Shown: positions 52,655-64,000 of the stretch, piece after piece
Numbering within the stretch: the first letter of the stretch is position 1
Layout: every line of letters begins with the position of its first letter
Source: Octopus sinensis
Lineage: Eukaryota
Assembly: GCF_006345805.1 (NCBI RefSeq)
Contig: NW_021833460.1
Span: 1-64,000, forward strand
Length of the DNA stretch: 64,000 nucleotides
Reading direction: 5' to 3'
Made by a program: the position numbers and the translations under genes
Notes under the pieces: model-generated
Databases searched by the model: none
Told to the model about the DNA's origin: nothing
What the model saw: only the letters and a program-made list of their open reading frames with translations

Positions 52655-53010
52655 GGTGGGGCGGCGGGGTGGTAAAAAACTTGATTCCAAGTTACATGGT
52701 TCCGGGTTCAGTCCCGCCGCCCGACATATTTTTGCAAGTATTCTCTGCTCTAACCTCAGCCGACCAAAGCCTTATGATTGGATTTGGTAGACGGAAATTG
52801 AAAGAAGCACGTCGTGAATATATGTTTGTGTGTGTGTGTGTGTGTGCTGACATCTTTATGTCCCAGTATCTTAGCGGCTCGTCAAAAAGATAGATGTAAA
52901 ATAATTACCAGGCTTGAAAAAGAGAAGTACTGGGATTGATTCATTCGACTAAAAATTCTTCAAGGCCGTGCCCCAGCATGGCCGCAGTCTAATGTTTGAA
53001 ACAAGCGAAA
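52655..53010 (+). mobile_element. SINE-A
   Basis: GGTTCCGGGTTCAGTCCC head, internal (TG)n, tail GTGCCCCAGCATGGCCGCAGTC. Confidence 0.8.
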
Positions 53011-54081
53011 CATAACACAGAAAAAAAAAACAAATATAAAATACAAAAATATATGATTTTTAAGCATCGAGTGACGAGACAGCTCTATCGGAGTAAAATA
53101 ACATTTAAAAGAGGCCCATGGGCAGAAAACAAAACAAAAAAAACAAAAAAACGAATGAAATCACAGATTATATGAAAATAAGCAAAACAGTTTATAGTTG
53201 CCATTTTTTTTTTTAATATGAATGAATATCTTATATCTTTTGTTGTTGAATATATTTTATACTCTTTAACCAAATAACATATTTACCAACGTTTCTACGA
53301 TTTCCCCATTGTCTTCTCCGTCCTCTACGCTCTTCTATACAATCGCCATTCTATAAATAAATCTGATAATCTGAAAGAACAAAATGCTATATTAGAAAAC
53401 AATATACATGGTATTTAACTTTCGTTTATTTAACTGACATTTTCACCTAAGCAGAATCAATGTTCCACTCAGGACAAGCATCCATTCAGTCTCAGTTGTT
53501 TACACATTTCGTTAAAAGATTACACGGCAATATGTCGTTCGTATTGGTGTCGCTGCAGTGTTTTAATCCCGCTTTGTTTTCAGGATTACATCATGGTTTA
53601 CAGTTAATGCTTCACTCAGCTCGACACATATATATATATAGACAAGCAGGAATCACTGTAGATGTTTACTCGTCTCGTTAATACATTAATAGATACAAAC
53701 ATGCATACACACATACATAGGTACGTACGTACATGCATACATACATACATATGTACATACGTACTTACATGCATACATGCACAAACATATATATATATGT
53801 ATATATATATCATACATATATGTATATGTGCGTGTTTGTATGCATGCTCATATCTATCCATCCATCTATCTAGCTATCTACCTATCTATATATATATCTA
53901 TCTATCTATATCTATCTATCTATCTTGTATATACATACATATGCATGTGTGTGCTTGTATATTTGCGTGAGTATGTATGTATATATGTATGGATATATAT
54001 ATATATACGTGTGTGTGCGTATATATATATATAGATAGGTATAGATATAAATATATATATATATGTATATGTATGTATATT

Positions 54082-54117
<36 letters not shown>

Positions 54118-54483
54118 TATAAACACACACACACAGACATATACCGACTCACGTATAAGCATACTAACAGGCACGCAGACATATAACATATGTATGGGTA
54201 TATCCTTGTGTATGTATGTGTGCATGTACACGAGTGGTGCGTTTGCATATGCATGTGTACACATTAAATTATAGGCGAGGGATATTCTTATATATTTTTG
54301 CTGTTCTCTCTCTATATATATATGTACATACACACAATATGCATATATATGCAATTATCATTTATCAACGTTGGTACTCGTATATATTATATAATATATA
54401 TATATATTATATATATATAATATATATGTATGTATGAATATATATGTATATATATATATATGTATGTATATATATATTTATTT

Positions 54484-54527
<44 letters not shown>

Positions 54528-54567
54528 CATATATATGTTTATATATATATATATATATATATATCTA

Positions 54568-54598
<31 letters not shown>

Positions 54599-55174
54599 GC
54601 ATATAGATGTATGTATGTGTGTATTTATATATATTATGTACATGTATATATATACACATATATGTAATGTTTTTACATATATATGTATACATACATATAT
54701 TATACGTATATATACCATATAATATGTATATGTATATTCATGATTTAAATATGTATATTTATATATATATATATAATATATATATTATATTATATATATT
54801 ATATATATATAATATATATATACACACACACGTATACATATATACATTCTCAAACATTTACATGTACACATACATGGTACGTTCGACTCCACGTGGCATA
54901 CATACATACGCGCAGACAAACACTTGCACAAACGATCAGTTGCATGTATACATACAAACCCATCTCACACACAGTCACTGTATGCAAAAATGTTAATTTG
55001 GAACATCCTAAATGCAGAAGAGTAGTTTTATGATATTCATCCAATGATTATACGGTGTTCTTAATTAAATCTGGATTAAAATATAACGATGCCGACCGAC
55101 CATATTTGATTGTTTTGCATCTGTATCAGCATTGATGTAGTTCCGTATATTACACACTTGTTATTACGAGCAGT

Positions 55175-55950
55175 GAATGCATGTTTCTAGGTTCAATCTC
55201 AATGCGTAGCACCTTGGGCTAGTGTCTTCCACTATAGCCTCGGACCGACAAAAGCCCTGTCAGTGGAAACTGAAACAAGCACGTTGCATGCGCGTGTGCA
55301 TGTGTGTGTATGTGTGTGTGTGTGTGTGTGCCTGTGAGTGTATAACATGTATGTATGTATGTATGTATGTATGTATGTATGTATGAATCAAAATATTTTG
55401 ATTTAGATTCGTTAATACTCTGTGTTTCAAGCGCGATGCTAATCTTCAGCCATTGAGAATTAGATTAAATATACAACCGAAAGAGCTTGTAATAGTTTCA
55501 TGCTATTATGACACTTTATCAGGCATATTTATAAAATACGCATCTTAAAGCAATCTTCCGAGCTTTGTTTTTGTGTTATATGCGTGTGTATGTATATATA
55601 TATATATTTATGTGTGTGTGTGTGAGAGAGAGTGTGTGTGTGCATGCGTTTGTGTGTGTGTATGTGTGTGTGTGAGAGAGTGTGTGTGTGTGCATGTGCG
55701 TGTGTGCATGCGTTTGTGTGTGTGTGTATGTGTGTGTCTGTCTGTCTGTGTTTGGTCCCGCACCACAACTTGGCAATCGCTGCTAACGTATTTCCGTCCC
55801 CTTAACGTAGCGGTTCAGTATACGAGAGCGATAAATTAAGTGCCAGGGTTTAAAAATAATAATTTCTGGGGACAATCCATTCGATCAACAATTCTTCTAG
55901 GTGCTGCTTCAGCACGCCCGCAGTCCAGTAAGTGAAACTAGTAAAAGATA
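55175..55950 (+). mobile_element. SINE-A split by ~450 bp of microsatellite and other sequence
   Basis: Head at ~55175-55290 (GCACCTTGGGCTAGTGTCTTCCACTATAGCCTCGG); tail at ~55745-55950. Confidence 0.6.
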
Positions 55951-56439
55951 ACAGATATCTTCATGCCGCATAAACAAATCATTGGAAGCAGGGTGCGAGA
56001 ATTCCGTGTGCGGGTACAGCAATGCGTAACACACAGAGAAGGGGTCTTCGAAGAGGCGAGGTTGGTAAAAATGCCAAATCGCTCCGTTCAATGCCGCCGC
56101 CCTATCACTGAAGCTAGAGAAAAAACTAATAATAAAAGAAAATGGAAGAAAAAGAACCAAGTTATCCACCTCATCGTTTGTATAAGACAGTAATAAGATT
56201 TTCTATGAGATTTTCTGAGAGATTTGTGCGCTATTTCTAGCATATCAAAAGATTTACACTCACTGCTCCCCATCGTCATCTTTTATTGTCACGAGTTCGT
56301 TTTGATGTGGGTTTCAAAAATATCGATGCAGTTGGTAAACTTAAAGAAAAGAAGACACTTTCGTAATTGTTTTTATTGCGTTAGTCGTAACATTAGTCCC
56401 TCTGCGGTCCTCAACTGTAGCCGCCATATTTATGGTTGT

Positions 56440-57007
56440 AGTAGTTTGTTATCGATAGATGCTGTTATTGTTGTTACGGCCGTCGTTGTTGTTTTTGTTA
56501 CTGTTGCTGTTGTTATTATATTTGTTGTTCTTATTTATGTAATTGTCGTTGCTTTTGTCTATATAATTGTTAACAATATTATTGTTGTTGTTGATGTTAT
56601 TGGTTATTACACTTTTTTTGTTGCCAATATTATTTCATTGCTATTATAGTTATTGTTATAAGCCTTGTCTTAATTATCATTTTCGTTGTTCTTATTATAG
56701 TTCTTTGTTGCTACTGTTGTTGATGATGTTGTTGCTATTGTTGTAGATCTTCTTCTTGTCATTATTATTCACATTATTGTCGTTTTGTTTTTATTAATGT
56801 TCCTGTCGTTGATATCATTATCATTATGATTGATGTCGTTGTTGTTAGTGTTGTTGTAAATATTGATTATTGAGTTCTTTATGTTCTTGTTATTGTTGCC
56901 GCTAACGTTGTTGATGTTACGGTTGATGATTCTGTTGTTGTTGTTATAAATGCCAATGTTGTTGCTGTTGCTCTTATCATTATTATTGTTATTATTATTA
57001 TTATTAA

Positions 57008-57067
<60 letters not shown>

Positions 57068-57074
57068 CATCATT

Positions 57075-57109
<35 letters not shown>

Positions 57110-57120
57110 TAGTGTTCCTG
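56440..57120 (+). repeat. Compound (GTT)/(ATT)/(CAT)n low-complexity tract
   Basis: Read directly. Confidence 0.9.
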
Positions 57121-57300
57121 GATGCAATGCTTACTGATATTTCGTCCGTCTCAACGTTCTGAGTTGAAGTTCCGCCGAGGTCGACTTTGCCTTTCATCCT
57201 TTTGGGAGTCGATCAATTAAGTACCAGTTGACCACTGAGCTCGACGTATTCGTCTCATCCTCCTACCTCGAAATTGCTGGCCTTGTGCCAAAATTTGAAA
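57121..57300 (+). mobile_element. SINE family C
   Basis: TTCCGCCGAGGTCGACTTTGCCTTTCATCC...GTCGATCAATTAAGTACCAG. Confidence 0.7.
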
Positions 57301-57311
57301 TCATTATTATT

Positions 57312-57383
<72 letters not shown>

Positions 57384-57907
57384 TTATTATTATTATTATC
57401 ATTTGTTGCCTTTGCACAGCTCCTAACACTAGAGATGTACTACGGTGTCAGCTGTTTACAACCAGTGAACTAAGATAACACAGTAGTAGTAGTACTTATT
57501 TTTCGAGCACCATCCGGACTATTCGAGCATTGCTGTTTTCTGCAAGTGCTCCACCCTTATTGCAGCCCCTATTTGTTCCATGCACATCTCAAGATATTTA
57601 CCCACTGTTCCTATGGCTCCGAAAATTATTGGTACTACTACCATATTTTTCAGCAACTACAAATGCTTAACCGCCCAAGCTAACCTGTCATATCTATCGA
57701 CTTTTCTTTCTTCCTTATCGCACACCTTCTTTTCAGCTGGTCACGCTATATCTATGATCCAGCATCGCTTGCTTTCTTTCTAAATTAGCACTATGTTTGG
57801 TTTCCTATTCTCTATCTCATGGTCGCTCTGAATGATAAATTCCCATCTTTGCATTATGGTTTTGGATGATGCATTCGGGTTATGTTCGTACCACAATTAT
57901 TATTATT

Positions 57908-58320
57908 GAATGAAAGAGCAGTGAATACCATCAAAGTGACACTGGGGTAAAATATACGAAGCCCAGTATACCCATCATGACTACCCGTCTGATAAGGGTA
58001 CGCCAGGCACATGCATCACAACCATATGTACGCGACTTATTAAGATTAACAGTGCATGACCTTGCAGGTGGGGCCCAGTTAGAATTTTCTTCAGGTCGAG
58101 TAGCCCATCTCGCTCAAAATGTCCCTGGATAAGGATGTTGAACAAAACACTCATGTTTCCAAAGGTGAATTAGCCAAACTCCAAAGAATGCCTCTTAACA
58201 CATGGCTATGATGCTCCCACACTACTTCTGCTTGTGATCAGAGATGCACATATCGTCAGCCACTAAGGGACATGCTCAGCTGGTTATGGTCAAGCAAGTG
58301 ACAAGTAAATCTGTGGTATT
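57908..58320 (-). mobile_element. Element X copy 6, truncated
   Basis: Colinear with copy 3; (ATT)n on both sides. Confidence 0.8.
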
Positions 58321-58355
58321 ATTATTATTATTATATTATTATTATTATTATTATT

Positions 58356-58555
58356 GACAGAATCGTTAGCACGCCGCGGGAGTGCTTAGCGGTATTTCGT
58401 TCGTCATAAAGACGCTCTGAGTTCAAATTCCGCCGAAGTCGATTTTGCCTTTTAGCCTATGAGTCGATAAATTAAGTACCAGTGAAACACTGGGGTCGAT
58501 GTTATTGAATTCTCCCCTCCCCAAAGTTTCAATCCTTGTGCCTTTACTAGAAAGG
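58356..58555 (+). mobile_element. SINE family C
   Basis: GACAGAATCGTTAGCACGCC...GAGTTCAAATTCCGCCGAAGTCGA...TAAGTACCAGTGAAACACTGGGGTCGATG. Confidence 0.75.
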
Positions 58556-58559
58556 ACTA

Positions 58560-59580
58560 CTACTACTACTACTACTACTACTACTGTTATTGTACTTGTC
58601 GTTGACATTGTTGTGATTATTGTTGTTGTAGATGTCGCTGTTGTTGTTGGTTCTCGTTATTGTTGTAGTCCTCGCTGTTTTTATTTTCAGTGTTGTTGCC
58701 TTCCATTGTTTTTATGGAGTTCTTGTAGTTGTTTTTGTATTATATTCTCACTGTTGTTGTTACTGGTACTGCTGCCGCTGCTGTTGTTGCTGTTCTTGTT
58801 GTTGATGATGTTGTTGTTGTTGTTGTTGTTACTAGATGATGTTCCTGGCCAATTTCTTTGAAGTCATTTAATGTCTTTGTTTGGAATTACAATAGTGAAG
58901 AAATCAAAGGATATTGGTAGCATCGATTCAGTGGTGCATTTCATTGTCATACACTGTAGTGGTGGTCATGGTGGTGGTGGTGACGGTGGCTGGGGTGGGT
59001 GTGGTAGAAGTAGTAGTAGTAGTAGATATGTTGGTAGTAGTAGTTGTAGTATTGGTAGTGGCAGTGATAGTGGTGGTAGTGGTAATAGCAACAGTAGCAG
59101 CTTTAGTGCTGGCAGTGGTGCTGGTGATTGTGATTTTGCTGGTTACTAGAGTAGTAGTAGTAGTAGCAATAGTAGTTGTAGTAGTAGTAGTAGTAGTAGT
59201 AGTTGTAGTAGTGGCGGTGGCGGTTGTGATTGGGGTTGTAGTGGTTGTGGTGTTGGTGGTGGTGGTGTAGTAGTGGTAGTAGTAATAGTGGTGGTGATTA
59301 TGGTGGTGGTGTAGTAGTAATAGTGGTGGTGATGGTGTTGGTGGTGTAGTAGTGGTAGTAGTAATAGTGGTGGTGATGGCGATGGTGGTGATGGTGATGG
59401 TGGTGGTGGTGGTGGTAGTAGTAGTAGTAGTGGTAGCGGTAGTGGTAGTGGTATCGGTGGTGGTGGTTGTGGTGGTGGTGGTGGTTGTGGTGTTGGTGGT
59501 GTGGTGGTGGTAGTAGTAGTTGTGCTGATGGTGGTGGTGGCGGTGGTGATGATGATGGTTTTGATGAGGTGAGGGTGATG
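58560..59580 (+). repeat. Compound (GTT)/(GTA)/(GGT)n low-complexity tract
   Basis: Read directly; explains the 263-aa poly-T/H ORF at 58928-59719. Confidence 0.9.
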
Positions 59581-61280
59581 AGCGGTGAGGCTGTGGACCT
59601 AATCCTTGTTTGCAGTGTTGTTTAGCCTTCAAGTGAACAGGTGACCCACGTTCAAAGACTTTCCGTCTGTGGCCCTCATGCCTCTTTCTTTTTTCTTTCA
59701 TCACACTTAACCAATCCAATAATTCATTATCGAAGATGTTACGAGTTGTGGCTTGAGGGAGATTTGGCTGCTATTTCAAAGCAGGTGATTGTTTATGTAA
59801 CATAATATAGGCTTCTATCGAGTTCCTATCGATGAAGACTTATTGAGCGACCTGATGAAGTTTGCTGTTGCGGATGCTATTGTGGTTAGTTTTGAAAAGT
59901 GTGTTAATATATGTTTGTCATTGTTGTTGCTATTATTGTTGATGTTTAGCCCCAAGTAAGGCTAGAGAGATCTGATTTTTACTCAAAAGCATTACAACCG
60001 TCCAATTAATCCTACCTAATTAAGAGCATCAAAATCTACATTGATTAATTTGTGATTTTCCCGTCAAGAGTTTCTGATGAATCTACCTTCGCAGCAGGAA
60101 ACTTAGATGAGGGTAGCAACATGAAATTCCCTCATCCACTAAATGCGGTTTCAAGAAACGAACGCGTAGCGAAACTAACGGCGGTGCCCAAGAATAGCTG
60201 CAGCTTTCGAGCTGAAAGTATTAAAATTTTTTTTTAAATTATATATAAAATTAATATAGACAGCGGTCTGCAACCTGTTACCAAAACGAAAAACTATAAC
60301 TGTCACTAAGTATGACGGGTGTTAGAACACCTGCATTGCTAGAAATAAAAACTAAATGTCCCAGTGCAGTTGTTAAAGCACATGATTTATTCATATGTAC
60401 TGACGAGAACCGTAATCGCCCGAAAGCTACGGTCGACAATTCCCTACACTGACCGGTCAGTTTCGGCTGACCAACGGCAACAGCTGCGATTTCTCGATTG
60501 TATATAAATAGGTGCAAATACAGGAGTCAACTTAAAGCGTCACCTGACCAGACTCTGGGAGGCTTGCTCTTTCGGAGCGTTTATCTCCTCTTCAGTAACA
60601 GAGACTGGAGAGCCAGGCGCTGCGAATTCACACGAAAGACAGATCCTTCTTATGATATTCCCGTCATCGTTCAAAGACTGGTTGCGCTGCTCAGAGGCTC
60701 GCCGTAAATGAATTACTAAGCAGTGATGTTTCAGTGTGACAAATTGGTTCTTTGATTATACCAAACTAATTCTGTCACTTTGTACAACTAGAAAAAGTGA
60801 TCCACATGAAATCTTTCAGCACCCGGTTACTCTCGAAGACTTATGGTTTACCACAAACAAAACAGTTACCGCTATTTATAGTAGATACAACCCAGATAGA
60901 ACTAAATTGATTTAACCAATTTGCATGACAGTGCAATTGTTGACAACATGAAGGAATGAATTAAATACGGTGGTGCATTCACAGTATTCACATTTCACAT
61001 CATTACTGTGTGTTAAGAAATGTTACAAGTACCTAAGTTGAGAAAAAATAGTATTTATTATAAAGCTATGTAGTTTTGTTAACTGATTTAATATAATTTC
61101 ATGTTGATGTGCTTCTGCTGTTATGATGTATCCGATTTTATGGATATTGTGAATAGCAATATAATACATTTCAATCTGCAGCTACGTAAATGGATGATCG
61201 AAATGCGGTGAAGAGGAAAATCTCCGACTCCCTGGTCTCTGTTTCTGTCTGTCTCTCACTCTCATTCTCTCTCTCTCCCC

Positions 61281-61334
<54 letters not shown>

Positions 61335-62133
61335 TAGTACATCCAACGTTATATGGATGTGTTGTATATAACGCCTAGCTCTGCGATAAACAACACATCC
61401 AAGTTACGTTGGATGAGTTAATTGAAGTTTGCTTCTGTTGCTAACCGTTGATTTATGCATAACCCGCGGCTTTATGCGACATCACTGGTAGTTTAGCCGA
61501 TGCGAAGCTATATCAGTTTCTCTGATTTTCGATCTGGTATTTGTCTGTCTATTGCAGGAGATCCGAAACACGGTGCTGACAAAATATCGCCAAACAATAT
61601 CTGTGCTTTAAGTAAACGTCGTTTACACGAGATGATTCCTTGAGACGTTTACCGCAGTCCCAGGCGTTGTAAATAAAACATCCAGGATAGATTGGATGTG
61701 TTGACGATAGCCGATTTTCTGCTTACAGAAAGAAACAATTTATATATAATATATACCTAGTCTACTGGACACACTGAGGTTTAAAATATGTGCTCAGCAA
61801 ACAGTAACGTCCGTAAATTTTTATTGTATCTCCTTTTACCTAGCCCTGCGTAGTACTTCTAAAACAATATCTATAACTGCATGTATGTGTATATGTGTGT
61901 TGTGTGTATATGAATGTGTGTGTGTGTGTGTTGTGTGTGTGTGCGTGTGCGTGTGTATGTGTGTGTACGTAAGTAGGTAGTTACGTTTGTGTGAATATGT
62001 ACATATATAGACATATCGAAGCAGAAATTTGATTTACATATCCCCAAGCATATGCGTGTATACTCATGTATGTCTGTATGTGAATAATAACGTTATATAT
62101 ATTATGCATATATATGTGTGTGTGTGTGTGTAT

Positions 62134-62172
<39 letters not shown>

Positions 62173-62984
62173 TGTGTGTGTGTGGTGTGTGTGTGTGTTT
62201 GTATATATGCGTGCGTGTGTGGGCGAACGTGTGTCTGTGTGTATGCTTGTATGCATGTGTATGTTTGTTCATGCAACTACACATTTCTGTACATAATTCT
62301 TCCTAGCGTCTTGTCAAAATGTCGGAAGTAATAATCAACGCATTAGTCTATTTGAACACGCGCTTTGAATTGATTACAACCTGAGCTGTATATTAAGCAG
62401 TCTCACATATTTAGTTTAACATATTTCATATTTGATACCAAAAGACACGTATATTTATTTTAATTATAATTATAATTATTTTTATCCTTTTTTTTTTCTT
62501 TTTTCTGAAGTGACATATATTCCAATCTATATTCGGCGCTGAAATGCTCTTCGAAGGTGCGATCATTCATATGTGGATGCTACTACGATAAAGTTGCTGT
62601 CAGGATATTTAATTACACTGGAGGTTTTCATATGAGAGGAGCATAAACAAATTTATTTGCTCCACAAAGTGCAGAGCGTGTAGTTTCGCTGTTTTGCCTT
62701 CGTCAGAATATTCGTAAAATAGGAAATACTAAGCAGTCATTTTGGTTGAAGCTGAGTAGAAACTCAACGCTCCTCACACCAAATGATCTCCTTTCTGTTT
62801 CTTATTTTTCAGGTATGAGATACTGATTCGGTTAATCGAAAAGCTATCTTATGTAAAAGTGTTTTTAATATTGATTGAGTAATATATATATATATGAACC
62901 CAAGTAGCATTTCTCAGATATCCCTCTTTGTGTGCACGAGGCATAAACACACATACATACACACATACACAAACACACACACAC

Positions 62985-62989
62985 ATACT

Positions 62990-63051
<62 letters not shown>

Positions 63052-63130
63052 CAGGTAGGTATGTAGGTAGGTAGGTAGGTAGGTAGGTAGGTAGGTAGGT
63101 AGGTATTTAGGTAGGTAAGTAGGTAGGAGC
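62985..63130 (+). repeat. (GATA)n followed by (GTAG)n tetranucleotide microsatellite
   Basis: Read directly. Confidence 0.95.
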
Positions 63131-64000
63131 GTACGTACGTAGCAATAGAGTCAACGCGGTGTTAGAGCCTAATATGCATACACATACTCCAGACTAAAGT
63201 GTTGATCAAGTAGAAACCATGATATGTAATTAAATTACAAAGGAGCTGGAATTGCGCGAGCGGCTTTCGAAACTCGTATCTGTTCCTGCTTTAGGATGCA
63301 GTTCACTCAGATTTGAAGGTTTCTGCATCAACTTCACTGCATAGTACCATGTAGCACATAAACTGTCGGCTAATAAATTTGACTACGCAAATTCTGTTGA
63401 CTTGCCATGCGTTTAACTTTATTATAATTTTAATTATATGGACTTTCATATGAATCTTCTAATTTTATATTCGCGAATTTCAATAAAATACGGACAGACT
63501 ACACTCTTACATACAAATATATATGTATATACACATATCTATGTATGTATGTTATTGGTAGAAGTCAGGGCATTAGTATTGTTCTCGCGGCTCTCTTTCC
63601 ATCTCTGACGAGGCACTCTGGTCTTCCCAGAAGAGGTAAAATTAAATCGAAACTTATATAGAATTGTTTTCTATTCATGATTATATCATTTAGATATTTT
63701 TTGGCGTTGACTAATACTGATTTTTTTTTAACATCACATAATTAACTCGTTTAACTATATTTCTCCAAATATAGTAACACTAATTTAACTATCGTTTTAA
63801 ATGTATTTCTGATGGTATGTACGAATGATTTTTTAATTCTTTACTAACATGATCTCCGACTCCACAGCAACCATAAGCAACAGGCAATAGGCAAATCACT
63901 AAAAAGATTTCGTTTCTCAGCATCAATAACTAACATCAATAATGGAAATAAGGATTAGGGTCAGATAGGAAAGGCTGAGGAGAAATAGCTTAGTAAAGAA

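Noticed and set aside
55963-56193. 76-aa plus-strand ORF and overlapping 86-aa minus-strand ORF in GC-richer sequence
   Set aside because: No recognisable domain, partly overlaps a SINE tail and has no clear donor site.
63600-63665. CTGACGA...CGAAAC hammerhead-like spacing
   Set aside because: Stem II barely pairs, and there is no NUH triplet compatible with stems I and III.

Overview
AT-rich eukaryotic genomic DNA, dense in microsatellites and repeats. The repeat families resemble those I associate with octopus; that is an inference from pattern recognition, not a database match. I cannot support any host protein-coding gene, tRNA, rRNA or CRISPR array. Almost all ORF-track entries are translations of microsatellites or transposon remnants. 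Supported features: (1) a cluster at about 32.0-38.5 kb where two 5'-truncated R4/Dong-clade LINEs (RT, CCHC, restriction-like endonuclease) and four copies of a ~560-bp non-coding element ('X') are stacked in (TAA)n tracts, with two more X copies in (TAA)n elsewhere; (2) Tx1/L1-like LINE 3' ends embedded in (GATA)n at 4.9-7.6 kb, with an unequal-crossover mosaic; (3) a Penelope-like GIY-YIG fragment followed by a hammerhead ribozyme with an intact catalytic core at about 26.0-26.9 kb; (4) many tRNA-derived SINEs, Tc1/mariner deletion derivatives, foldback elements and compound microsatellites. The best 'system' candidate is microsatellite-targeted retrotransposition, with element X as a possible non-autonomous partner of Dong. 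Coordinates were counted by hand, so repeat edges are approximate.
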